DNA of 64,000 nt from Candidatus Uhrbacteria bacterium RIFCSPHIGHO2_12_FULL_60_25. GTDB lineage: Bacteria > Patescibacteriota > Patescibacteriia > 2-12-FULL-60-25. Below, in pieces: positions 8,117 to 17,133 of this stretch. The position numbers and the translations under genes were made by a program. Location of the stretch: positions 11,097 through 75,096 of the forward strand of contig MGEH01000024.1 of NCBI GenBank assembly GCA_001791275.1, given 5' to 3'. The notes under the pieces were generated by a model that worked only from the letters and a program-made list of their open reading frames with translations, was not told where the DNA came from and did not search any database. Numbering within the stretch: position 1 is the first letter of the stretch; every line of letters starts with the position of its first letter.

Positions 8117-9031
8117 CTACATCGGCTCAATCCCCCATTCTTTCAATAACGACCGCAGACCCTCGTCAAAACGGATGCGCGGCTCCCACCCGAGGAGCTC
8201 TTTTGTTAATGAAATATCCGCGAGCGAGTCGCGTGCTTCACCTTTACGCGCATCCTGTCGCGTGACGGGTCCGCCGAAGAATCCGGCGATCTTGTTGATG
8301 GAATGGCGTTCGCCGGAACCGACGTTCAGCACCTCCCCCTTCCCGACGTTGGGCGACGTCATGGCACGAACGTTGGCGTCTACCACGTCCGACACGTGCG
8401 TGAGGTCGCGCGTTTGTCCCCCATCGCCGTGGATGGTGAGCGGTTGACCGGCGAGTTTCTGATTCTTGAAGACGGAAATGACCGTCACGTACGCGCCCTC
8501 GTCGGCCATCCCCGACCCGTAGACGTTGAAGTAACGCAGCGAGACCGTCTCAAGTCCGTAAAAGAACGAGAAGTGTCGGCAAAAGACCTCGCCCACCTGC
8601 TTGTGGAGCGCGTATGGATTCAGCGGGTTCACGGGCATGTCCGGCCGGAGCGGCAGTTCCGGCTGTGCGCCGTAGGCGGAGGACGACGCGGAGTAGACCA
8701 CGCGTTTCACGCCCGCGTCGCGCGCGGCCACGAGGACATTCAGCGTGCCGAAGATATTCGCCTGCGCCGCTTCAATGGGATGTTCGATGGAAAATGGGAT
8801 GCGCGGGAGGGCGCCCACGTGGAACACGCCGTCCACGCCTGCGAAATGCGGCTTGATCTCGTGGAGCTTCGTGAAGTCGGCCTGGATGAATTCCGCGGCT
8901 TCGGGCACGCGCTCACGCCTGCCCGTGGACAAGTTGTCGATAATGCGGACGCGGTGGCCGTCCGCAATCAGCCGTTTCGCGAGATGCGATCCGATAAATC
9001 CGGCACCTCCGGTGACGAGGTAGGTTGCCAT
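8117..9031 (-). CDS. NAD-dependent nucleotide-sugar epimerase/dehydratase (UDP-hexose 4-epimerase-like)
   Basis: 304 aa. [27 protein letters not shown] and YALHK (YxxxK). Confidence 0.88.
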   Translation of the reverse strand: MATYLVTGGAGFIGSHLAKRLIADGHRVRIIDNLSTGRRERVPEAAEFIQADFTKLHEIKPHFAGVDGVFHVGALPRIPFSIEHPIEAAQANIFGTLNVLVAARDAGVKRVVYSASSSAYGAQPELPLRPDMPVNPLNPYALHKQVGEVFCRHFSFFYGLETVSLRYFNVYGSGMADEGAYVTVISVFKNQKLAGQPLTIHGDGGQTRDLTHVSDVVDANVRAMTSPNVGKGEVLNVGSGERHSINKIAGFFGGPVTRQDARKGEARDSLADISLTKELLGWEPRIRFDEGLRSLLKEWGIEPM

Positions 9032-9038
9032 AGCGAGA

Positions 9039-9965
9039 TTAGAGCCTACTCGCGGGCGCCGGATCTGTCGAGGGAACGGGACGCGCGGTCACGATCATCA
9101 TGTCGCGCGGGTTGATGCGGACGGACAGGCGTTGCAGGAGCGGCCGTTCGGTGAGCCGTTTCAACCACTTCCATTCGAACCCGAGCCACCCCATGATGAA
9201 GTGGATCACGTAGGCGATCGTAAAATCCTTGCCGCGCCACTCGACGGAAACGAACTCAAACCCAGAGTCCGCCAGGCACGCCTTCATGCTCTGGAGCGAG
9301 AAGTAATGGATGTGCTGCGGAGGCGCCAAGAGCGTCCACCATCGGCCCGTGATGCGCGCGAACCAGGAGTCGCTCTGGGGCGTTGCAAACATGATGAGCC
9401 CGTCTGATGACATGATGCGTCGTATCACGCGGAAGAACTCGAACGGATCGCGCAGGTGCTCCACCACATCCCAAAGCGTGATCGCATCCACGCCCCGGAA
9501 CCGCTCGGCGTTCGCTTCGAGCGTCCCCTGCGCCACGTCCAACCCGCGCGCCCTCATGACCGTGGCCGCGTGCTCGGACAGTTCCACGCCGGACGCCTTC
9601 CAACCGCGTTCCTCTGTCATGCGCATGAAAAAACCCGTAGCCGCGCCCACATCGAGCAACCAACCCTTGGACGGTTTCCGCGCTTCGATGCGCTCGAGGA
9701 AATACGTGAAATCCGTTGCCACGCTCTGCTTGTCGCGATCGTAGTTCACGTACCCGTGCTTGGACGTATCGCCCTGGAAATACCCTTTGTCGTAGAACGC
9801 GATCAGCTCCGCCTCGGTCGGGATCGGGTGGATCCACAGGTGCTTGCACGTCCCGCACCGGTACAGCGACCAACGGTCTTTCGTGAACGCGAAACGGCCC
9901 GTGTGTCCGCTCTTCCCGGACGGACATGCGAGCTCGTTCGGACGCGATGCTACGGCTTCTTCCAT
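9039..9965 (-). CDS. Class I SAM-dependent methyltransferase with an N-terminal Cys-rich (zinc-ribbon-like) segment
   Basis: 308 aa. CPSGKSGH...YRCGTCKH followed by the LLDVGAATGFF SAM motif. Confidence 0.8.
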   Translation of the reverse strand: MEEAVASRPNELACPSGKSGHTGRFAFTKDRWSLYRCGTCKHLWIHPIPTEAELIAFYDKGYFQGDTSKHGYVNYDRDKQSVATDFTYFLERIEARKPSKGWLLDVGAATGFFMRMTEERGWKASGVELSEHAATVMRARGLDVAQGTLEANAERFRGVDAITLWDVVEHLRDPFEFFRVIRRIMSSDGLIMFATPQSDSWFARITGRWWTLLAPPQHIHYFSLQSMKACLADSGFEFVSVEWRGKDFTIAYVIHFIMGWLGFEWKWLKRLTERPLLQRLSVRINPRDMMIVTARPVPSTDPAPASRL

Positions 9966-11887
9966 ACGGAAACGTTATTGCCAACATGTTCTTCGACGTA
10001 CCCGGCCGGCAACTGCCAGAACGCACTCTGCGGATCCGGAATGATGACCCACGGACAGAACGCGCGGAAGGCGTACTTGTCCAACGTATGACGATTGATC
10101 GCCGCTTCGACGCGCTTCCAGTTCGCGTCGATCACGGCCTGACGGCACCCGATGAGTTCATTCGCCCGAGCCTGGTCGAACCCCATGCGTCGCAACACGT
10201 CCGCATAGAACGCATTGTGCGAATACTTGCTCCCTTCGGCGCACGGGATCGTTCGGTAGTGACCCGTGTAGAACCGGAAGAACCAGAGTTCGCCTGACGA
10301 CGTGACGCTGTATGCGCCCACCAGCGTCTCCAGATCGCGAATGACCTGCTCGCTTGAGTCGGGGTACGACAACGTGGGTTCAGCCGGATTCACGCGGCGT
10401 CCCGTATGGGCGGCGTAGAACGACGCGGATCCGGGATCGGCGCACATCATGTCTCCGGGCGGGACGTGAGACCTGATCCAGTCCACGACCGGGACGTTCA
10501 CCATGACCTCCGGGACCTTGGGAAAGTCCCGCAGGATGACGGGGATGCTTGCTCCGACCCCGATGGCTGCCATGGGCAGCGTGATGAGGATCGTGACGAC
10601 GGTCGTGTTCAGATGTGACGAGGTATGTCTCGACCGCCAGACCACGAGCCAGGCCGCCACGGCGAGCGCGAACCAGTGCGTCAGGTGGATCACGTACGAG
10701 TCGAACTTCCAGATATTCGATCGAAGCGGCTGCTGGAGCACGTAGACGAAGAACAACGTGGCGCCCGCGGCGACGACAAGCGGAAGTTGTTTGATGAGTG
10801 CATTTCCCAGTCCCCGTTTCCCAGTCCCCGTTTCCCAGTCCCCAGTCCCCAGACCCCAGACCGTGGCGAGCGAAAGCCATGCGAGCACGGCCACGGGCGC
10901 GATGAAGTGGTCGCTGTAGATATGGATGCCGGTGAACGGCGTGTTGAACCACAGGAAGAACAGGACGATCCATCCCCATGCCGCGAACGTGAGTCGATCG
11001 CGTGCGGCTGGCGACGCGGCGCGGCGCGCCAGTGCGAACAGGAACGCGATCCATGCGAGCATGGCAAGCACCGTGTTCGCGAAGAATGGCACGCGCGCGA
11101 ACACCATCCCGTTCCGCTCGTACATGCCCACGAGCCCTGCGCGCGCCGGATCGAGGAACCACTCTGCAAGCGGACCGGCGAGCGTCCACACGGTGATGAC
11201 GGAGAGCGCGACCAGGACCGGCAAGGTCCACGTGCGCAGCCGGACGAACCGCGCGGCCCAGATCGTGGCGAGCCAGAGTCCCGCGGGCATGAGGAACCAC
11301 GGGTAGAGGGTCGTGAGAAGGAGCGACGCGACGGACAGACCGATGGACCGGACGTATCGGTCTTTTTTCAGGGCTTCGTACGCCGGAAGGACGAGCGTAA
11401 GCCCGAGCATGCAAAACGGCAGGTACCACGAGTACATCCCGGGCCGGAGACTCAAGGGCAGGAGCGACAACCAGAGGCCCGCGATGACAGCGCGTGACGG
11501 CCAGCGCGCGATGCCTGACCACTGCTCCACGCACCAGGCGCCGATCCAGAGCGTGAGCGTGATCGCGATCCATCGGCTCACGATCCAGAGCTCCGGGACG
11601 CTCGCCCATGAGCCGACGAGCTTCCAGAGCGCCACGATGATAAGCGACCCGAACCATTTCAGGTGTCCGCCGTACGCGAGCCCGTTCGCCGCGGCGCCCA
11701 TCCAGTGCAGGTAGACGTACGTATCGAAGACCCCCGGAGTGACGGCGGGCACACGCCACCAACGTTCCACGTGCGCGGACACGTTCCAAATCCAATACGG
11801 CACCCAGGAGACAAGCCCTGTCAGGACCGGCACGCCGACCCACCATGCGCGCTCTCCATATCGCTTGAGGTCAAATGAGCGGGACAT
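9950..11887 (-). CDS. Large polytopic membrane protein, paralogue 1 of an unnamed family (GT-C-like candidate)
   Basis: 645 aa with many hydrophobic segments. Shares the VFDTYVYL loop motif, PFTGIHIYSDHF and four C-terminal Cys positions with the ORFs at 15274-17133 and 45625-47697. Confidence 0.85.
   Translation of the reverse strand: MSRSFDLKRYGERAWWVGVPVLTGLVSWVPYWIWNVSAHVERWWRVPAVTPGVFDTYVYLHWMGAAANGLAYGGHLKWFGSLIIVALWKLVGSWASVPELWIVSRWIAITLTLWIGAWCVEQWSGIARWPSRAVIAGLWLSLLPLSLRPGMYSWYLPFCMLGLTLVLPAYEALKKDRYVRSIGLSVASLLLTTLYPWFLMPAGLWLATIWAARFVRLRTWTLPVLVALSVITVWTLAGPLAEWFLDPARAGLVGMYERNGMVFARVPFFANTVLAMLAWIAFLFALARRAASPAARDRLTFAAWGWIVLFFLWFNTPFTGIHIYSDHFIAPVAVLAWLSLATVWGLGTGDWETGTGKRGLGNALIKQLPLVVAAGATLFFVYVLQQPLRSNIWKFDSYVIHLTHWFALAVAAWLVVWRSRHTSSHLNTTVVTILITLPMAAIGVGASIPVILRDFPKVPEVMVNVPVVDWIRSHVPPGDMMCADPGSASFYAAHTGRRVNPAEPTLSYPDSSEQVIRDLETLVGAYSVTSSGELWFFRFYTGHYRTIPCAEGSKYSHNAFYADVLRRMGFDQARANELIGCRQAVIDANWKRVEAAINRHTLDKYAFRAFCPWVIIPDPQSAFWQLPAGYVEEHVGNNVSVWKKP
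10803..10865. repeat. Nine tandem heptamers (TTTCCCA GTCCCCG ... GACCCCA) in-frame within the membrane-protein gene
   Basis: Read directly. The coding strand is TGGGGTC TGGGGAC TGGGGAC TGGGAAA CGGGGAC TGGGAAA CGGGGAC TGGGAAA, encoding GLGTGDWETGTGKRGLGN. Confidence 0.85.
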
Positions 11888-12560
11888 GGCGGAGAATGTC
11901 TTCAGGTTTCATGACGATCCAGCACCCGAGGCCGAGCGCGGGCCAGTCCGACCGGAAGCGGAATGGAAGACCGGGATACTTCTCCCGCGTATGTCGCGCG
12001 GAGAACAGTTCTTCATCCGCCCACACGCCCGTCCTGCCGAAGAAGCAGCTGTTCACCCAGAGGATCAAACGCATGTGCGGGGTGTCGGGCGGGAGTTCGA
12101 GGACCACCGCGTTCCGCGCGCATCGCGCGTGCTCACGCAGGATGCGCGCCTGTTCGTCCGGTTCAAAGTGTTCAAGGAGACCAAGAGAGTAGACCACGTC
12201 GAACGACGCGTCCGGGAACGGCATGGCCATGGCGTCGCCAAGGACGATCTCACACGCCGTGGCGTGCGCTTTGCCCAGCTCATAGGCACGCGGCGTCTTT
12301 TCGATCCCCGTGCATTTCGCGCCCGTCATCTGTTGCAGTCGGACGATCGTTTGCGCGGACCCCACGCCGACTTCCAGGTAGGACGTTGCCGGGCCCCCGA
12401 GCTCGGCGATGCGCTTTGCGAACAATTTCGAGAAATAGACCTCCCGGCCCCAGTGGATCATGCGGTCAAACCACCCCTTCTGGCCCTCTTCGGCCGCGTA
12501 GTAGCTGTCCCACATCTCGGGACTATTATTGTGTCGTTTCGTCTGTGGTCGGTCGTTCAT
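11871..12560 (-). CDS. Class I SAM-dependent methyltransferase
   Basis: Start taken at MNDRPQ (12560). YLEVGVGSAQT SAM motif and FDVVYSLGLLEHF. Confidence 0.8.
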   Translation of the reverse strand: MNDRPQTKRHNNSPEMWDSYYAAEEGQKGWFDRMIHWGREVYFSKLFAKRIAELGGPATSYLEVGVGSAQTIVRLQQMTGAKCTGIEKTPRAYELGKAHATACEIVLGDAMAMPFPDASFDVVYSLGLLEHFEPDEQARILREHARCARNAVVLELPPDTPHMRLILWVNSCFFGRTGVWADEELFSARHTREKYPGLPFRFRSDWPALGLGCWIVMKPEDILRHVPLI

Positions 12561-13353
12561 ACGCAGTGAGAGGTTTTCGGAATTTCCAGCCCAGGCGCCA
12601 CGGCATGCCAACGGCTTCAAGGATGATTCGCTTGTTCAGCTTGGACGCGCCGAGCGTACGGTCGCGGAACACGATCGGGACTTCGATGGCCGGGAAGCCC
12701 AGCCGGAACGCCACGAATTTCAGCGCCGTGAGGAACGAGTACCCATCACCCATGACGGGCTGTTTCAGGACGGAGCGGAGCACGTCCGCACGCCATACGA
12801 TGAACCCCGCCGTATTATCGCGCACCGGGTAGGATGGGTAAAACAGGCGGAGCACGGTGCGCGCGTACAGGTTCCCGCCGCGGGACAGGAGGACGCGCCG
12901 GTGGTCCCAGTCCGGCGTTGACCCGCCCTGCACATACCGCGAGCCGACCGCGACACCATACGTGCGCGCGCGTTCGATCAAGAGCGGCAGCATCTCGGGG
13001 TCATGCGAGAAGTCCGCATCCGTCTGGATCACGATCCCATACCCGGGGGCGTGCTCTTGCACCCAAGCGAACGCATCGAGGTAGCAGCGCCCCAATCCGT
13101 ACTTCCCCGTGCGCCGCATGAGGATGATGCGTCGCGGCAGCGACGGCGCGAGCCGCTCCACCGCGTCCGCCGTTCCGTCCGGGCTGCCGTCGTCTGCCAC
13201 GAGGACGTCCGCCGGGATCTCGAGGCCCGTGAGGGCCGTGAGCAACCGCTCGATGTTCCCCCGTTCGTTATACGTGGGAACGATCACGACCGCCCGACCT
13301 TGCGGCAGGCGGTCGTTCCACGTGGTGACCGAAGCGACACGGACGTCCGTCAT
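12526..13353 (-). CDS. Polyprenol-monophosphomannose synthase-like GT2 (Ppm1/DPM1 type), copy 1
   Basis: Real start is MTDVRV at 13353, in an ATGA overlap with the gmd stop. VVIVPTYNERGNIERLL...DDGSPDGT...TDADFSHDP. Confidence 0.88.
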   Translation of the reverse strand: MTDVRVASVTTWNDRLPQGRAVVIVPTYNERGNIERLLTALTGLEIPADVLVADDGSPDGTADAVERLAPSLPRRIILMRRTGKYGLGRCYLDAFAWVQEHAPGYGIVIQTDADFSHDPEMLPLLIERARTYGVAVGSRYVQGGSTPDWDHRRVLLSRGGNLYARTVLRLFYPSYPVRDNTAGFIVWRADVLRSVLKQPVMGDGYSFLTALKFVAFRLGFPAIEVPIVFRDRTLGASKLNKRIILEAVGMPWRLGWKFRKPLTAYERPTTDETTQ

Positions 13354-14396
13354 GCCTGTGTGAATTGGAGGTCCGGACGTTTGAGGCGCGCGACCTCCAC
13401 GTCCACCATGCGCGCCACGAGCGTGTCGAACGACATGCGCGTGGTCCAACCGAGCTCGCGTTTCGCCTTGGACGCATCTCCACGCAGCTCGTCTATTTCC
13501 GCGGGACGGAAGTGAGCGGGGTCGATCGTGATGACCGTCTGGCCGTTCGCTGCATTCTTCCCGATCTCGTCCGCACCCCGCCCTTCCCACACGATGGTGA
13601 TCCCCACGCGGCCGAATGCCCGTTCGGTGCATTCGCGTACGCTGTAGTTCTCGCCAGTGGCAAGCACGTAGTCGTCCGGCATCGGACGCTGGAGCATGAG
13701 CCACATCCCTTCCACGTAGTCCCCGGCGAATCCCCAGTCGCGCCTGGCTTCCAGGTTCCCGAGCCTGATCGGCTCGGACGATCCCCGTGCGATCTTCGCG
13801 GCTCCCGCGGCGATCTTGCGCGTGACGAACTCCGGACCGCGCATCTCCGATTCGTGGTTGAACAGGATCCCGTTCGTGAGGTACAGGCCGTACGACTCGC
13901 GATAATTCTTGATGGTCCAGAACCCGGCGAGCTTGGCCACGCCGTACGGGCTCCGCGGATGGAACGGAGTGCGTTCGTCCTGCGGCACGGCCTCGGCCTT
14001 GCCGTACATTTCGGACGTGGCCGCGAAATACATCTTTGTGCGTTGGCTGTATTCCTTGATCGCGTTCACGAAATTCAGCGTGCCACCGATGTTGATGTCG
14101 TACGTGGCCTTGGGATTCTCGAAACTCAACCCCACGAAGCTCTGCGCGGCGAGGTGGTAGATCTCGTCGTAGCGGTTCATGCGCACGAGCGAGTCGATGA
14201 ACGGATGGTCGAGCACGTCGCCCCAGTGCATCTTGATGCGGCTCCGTTCGTCCGGCGTCAGGAACACGAGCGTCCCGAGCGCCATCTGGCTGTTCCGGCG
14301 CGCGAACCCGTGGACCTCATACCCTTTTCCAAGCAGGAATTTCGCAAGGAAATATCCGTCCTGCCCGGTAATGCCCGTAATCAACGCCTTTTTCAT
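13350..14396 (-). CDS. gmd: GDP-mannose 4,6-dehydratase
   Basis: 348 aa. MKKALITGITGQDGYFLAKFLLGKGYEVHG is a classic Gmd N-terminus; full length is consistent with Gmd. Confidence 0.95.
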   Translation of the reverse strand: MKKALITGITGQDGYFLAKFLLGKGYEVHGFARRNSQMALGTLVFLTPDERSRIKMHWGDVLDHPFIDSLVRMNRYDEIYHLAAQSFVGLSFENPKATYDINIGGTLNFVNAIKEYSQRTKMYFAATSEMYGKAEAVPQDERTPFHPRSPYGVAKLAGFWTIKNYRESYGLYLTNGILFNHESEMRGPEFVTRKIAAGAAKIARGSSEPIRLGNLEARRDWGFAGDYVEGMWLMLQRPMPDDYVLATGENYSVRECTERAFGRVGITIVWEGRGADEIGKNAANGQTVITIDPAHFRPAEIDELRGDASKAKRELGWTTRMSFDTLVARMVDVEVARLKRPDLQFTQA

Positions 14397-14415
14397 AGCG
14401 CGAGGATGATAACCG

Positions 14416-15228
14416 TTACCTGCCGGACTGTGAAGGGTCGGACTTCCGGAACCGCCACCCCAATTTCCACGGCATGATGAACGCTTCGAACACGATATGC
14501 CGATTCAGTTTCGACACGCCGAGGCGGCGGTCGCGGAACACGATGGGGACTTCGATGGCGGGGTAGCCGAGCCGGAACGCAACGAGCTTGATAGAGGTCT
14601 GATACGCGTACCCGTCGCCGTAGATGGGATGGCGCATCACCGTGTCCAGGACATCGCGACGGAACGCCGCGAATCCGGCCGTACTGTCCTTGATGAGGTA
14701 GGAAGGGAAGAAGAGGCGCAACACCAGACGCGCGTAGATGTTCCCCACGTGCGACAGGAGGAAGCGACGATGGTCCCAGTCCGGCGTGGCACCGCCCTGC
14801 ACATACCGGGAACCGACCGCGAGCCCGTACGCCTCGGCCCTCGCCATGAGGAGCGGGATCATGTGCGGGTCGTGCGAAAAGTCCGCGTCCATCTGGAGCA
14901 CGAGGCCGTATCCGGGCGCATGCAGAAGGATCCAACGGTAGGCGTCCGTGTACGCCACGCCGAGGCCGAACTTCCCGGAACGACACATCAGGATGATCCG
15001 ACGCGGGAGCGAGGGGGCGAGCCGTTCGACGGCGTCCGCCGTGCCGTCCGGACTACCATCATCGACCACGAGCACGTCCACGCCAGGTTCAAGCGCCGCA
15101 AGCTCGCGCACGAGCGCCTCGATGTTGTCGCGCTCGTTGTAGGTGGGCACGACCACAAGCGCCTTCCCTTCCGGGAGGTGCGCGTTCAGCGCATCCACGC
15201 GAACGATCCGTTCCTGTTCGAACGACAT
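14416..15228 (-). CDS. Polyprenol-monophosphomannose synthase-like GT2, copy 2
   Basis: 270 aa. LVVVPTYNERDNIEALV...DDGSPDGTADAVERLAPSLPRRIILM (26 aa identical to copy 1)...MDADFSHDP. Confidence 0.9.
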   Translation of the reverse strand: MSFEQERIVRVDALNAHLPEGKALVVVPTYNERDNIEALVRELAALEPGVDVLVVDDGSPDGTADAVERLAPSLPRRIILMCRSGKFGLGVAYTDAYRWILLHAPGYGLVLQMDADFSHDPHMIPLLMARAEAYGLAVGSRYVQGGATPDWDHRRFLLSHVGNIYARLVLRLFFPSYLIKDSTAGFAAFRRDVLDTVMRHPIYGDGYAYQTSIKLVAFRLGYPAIEVPIVFRDRRLGVSKLNRHIVFEAFIMPWKLGWRFRKSDPSQSGR

Positions 15229-15273
15229 ATGGAAGGTGTCAGTGAAGCACGGTTTGGTGTGGCTGCCAAGCCT

Positions 15274-17133
15274 CTACTTTGCGCCGTATACGACGGCGGT
15301 CGCGTCTTCGTAGAGCTTGACGTAGGACAATGGGATTCGCCAGTCGTCCGAGAATCGTTCGTGAATTACGATCCGTTGGCAAAAATCGGAATCATTCGCG
15401 GTCTGTTGTGCCCATTGCAACTTCATTCGAGCGATCACTGCTGCACGAATCGCATTGGCCCGATCCTCGTCGCACCCGCTCAAAAATATACGCTGCGTCG
15501 CAGTAAATGGAATGAGGTTCAGGATCTGACGAGCGGTCGTTGACAAACAAGCGGCATCATGTGCAATGAGGATCATGTCGTCCATATACGAACGCTCAAT
15601 ACCTGCGTCTGGGTTCAAATACTTTGAGAACTCGACGAGGCGATCCTGAAGAACGCTCGTTGGAACGTGGTCGAACATCATCACCATCGCCGGACTGAAC
15701 GAAGCCCCGGTCGTTGAAGAGAGGTCGTCACCTGTTAGATAATCTGCACACCAACGACGCAAATGTACCTTCGTATCTTGGAGCATCCAGCTCCTTACAC
15801 CTATCAACTCAGAAGATAGCTGCGTTCGCTCCATTGCATACGCACCAACTGAAATAATACCTATCAGTGCATACACGAACGCTATGAAACACCAGATCAA
15901 ATTCAAACGAAGACGTGTGATTCCAGATAGGAGTCCGAGTGCAAGAAACGTCCAGCTTCCGATATGGATCAGGAGCGAGGAAAAATCCATGAATCGATAC
16001 ACGCCAATTGCATATTTAGAGAGGATATACATTGTAAAAGCGTATGCGACCATAGCGAGCACAAAAAGAATCGATCGCCAGCGGTTGAAAATTGACTCAC
16101 GTGCATATATTGGCCACGCCACAACTGAGAAAATAGAAAGGTGCCACACGGGGTAAATAAAATGATCGGATAATATCGAGATACCGGTCAGGAGCGATTG
16201 ATTCCAAAGAATTGCGACCGCTACCCACGCTGCGAGCATGACCTCTGTAGAAATACACCTCTGTGGAGATATGCGCCTCTGAAAAGATTGTGACCTTCGA
16301 AGTATCGTCCAAGCGATAATCCACAATATAATGATGAGTATGCTATTACTGAGGACAGGTAGGTGAGAAAATCCAAGTGCACCACGTTCCATAAGCTCAT
16401 AAGTCGAAGAACGTAAAAAAGTTTCCCACCAATCATGACGCATCAAGATAAGTCCTTCAGCAATTACGAAACCGACCGCGAGGATGATGATCGCCGACAA
16501 CGGCTCAAGAAATCGTTTCAAGAACAGCAGGACGCACGTAACAAGGATGACTGAAACATACCAGGGATAAACCGCCGAAATGAATAGTGCCACACCCCAT
16601 AACGCCGTGCCGCGTATTCTCTTTCCTATGGCAAGATCATATTCTCCGAGAACTACGAGGAGAAATCCGAGATAAAAAAATGGCACATACCACGAGGAAC
16701 CGCCTGGCCGAAGAATAAGAATTGATTGAACGGAAAGAAATGCGAGGAGACTATAAAATCTTGTTCCAACAATTGAGAGATCGGTCAATTTTTGTAACAA
16801 AATTGCAAGAAACCAAACGCTCAGGATTGCGGAGACGATAATACCAAGCACATAAAGTTCCGATAGTGATACATACGGCCAGATCAAACGTGCGACATAT
16901 TCCATCGGACGAAAATGAATTGGAAGAATGGTGGAACCATTAAATAGATCCTTTGACAAAATTTGCAAATAAAATGTCTGGTCAAAAAAAACTTTTGGTA
17001 AGGCCGAAATTCTTAGCCCCTTCGGTACTGAAAGGGCACCGAGCCCGAACCAATAGCTAGCACCGATCGCTACAGGCAGTACCCCATACCATACCCATGG
17101 CATCGAAAGCCACTTTTTCAATGTGAGTTTCAT
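15274..17133 (-). CDS. Large polytopic membrane protein, paralogue 2 of the unnamed family (lower-GC copy)
   Basis: 619 aa. FFDQTFYL loop motif, LLTGISILSDHF, and C-terminal Cys positions conserved with the 9950 and 45625 proteins. ATGA overlap with the upstream GT2. Confidence 0.85.
   Translation of the reverse strand: MKLTLKKWLSMPWVWYGVLPVAIGASYWFGLGALSVPKGLRISALPKVFFDQTFYLQILSKDLFNGSTILPIHFRPMEYVARLIWPYVSLSELYVLGIIVSAILSVWFLAILLQKLTDLSIVGTRFYSLLAFLSVQSILILRPGGSSWYVPFFYLGFLLVVLGEYDLAIGKRIRGTALWGVALFISAVYPWYVSVILVTCVLLFLKRFLEPLSAIIILAVGFVIAEGLILMRHDWWETFLRSSTYELMERGALGFSHLPVLSNSILIIILWIIAWTILRRSQSFQRRISPQRCISTEVMLAAWVAVAILWNQSLLTGISILSDHFIYPVWHLSIFSVVAWPIYARESIFNRWRSILFVLAMVAYAFTMYILSKYAIGVYRFMDFSSLLIHIGSWTFLALGLLSGITRLRLNLIWCFIAFVYALIGIISVGAYAMERTQLSSELIGVRSWMLQDTKVHLRRWCADYLTGDDLSSTTGASFSPAMVMMFDHVPTSVLQDRLVEFSKYLNPDAGIERSYMDDMILIAHDAACLSTTARQILNLIPFTATQRIFLSGCDEDRANAIRAAVIARMKLQWAQQTANDSDFCQRIVIHERFSDDWRIPLSYVKLYEDATAVVYGAK

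Noticed and set aside
10380-11846. 488-aa same-strand alternative-frame ORF inside membrane-protein paralogue 1.
   Set aside because: Arg/Pro/Gly-rich out-of-frame translation. The 645-aa frame is supported by paralogy with two other genes.
13354-13704. Upstream extensions of ORFs beyond the biologically sensible start. This one extends the Ppm-like gene; the same applies at 1684-1986, 20599-20742, 60029-60202, 26986-27066 and 59103-59168.
   Set aside because: The extensions overlap the 3' ends of upstream genes, translate to Arg/Ala/Pro-rich junk, and precede internal ATGs that sit in ATGA overlaps or behind RBS-like sequences. Starts were therefore trimmed.
12526-15228. Recent gene conversion between the two Ppm-like paralogues, suggested by the 26-aa identical block.
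   Set aside because: The nucleotide sequences of the identical protein block differ at many synonymous sites. The identity is therefore selective, not recent recombination.
13365-15543. Two long plus-strand ORFs (13365-14477 and 14497-15543) opposite gmd and the Ppm-like gene.
   Set aside because: Both are Arg/His-rich shadows of strongly motif-supported minus-strand genes.
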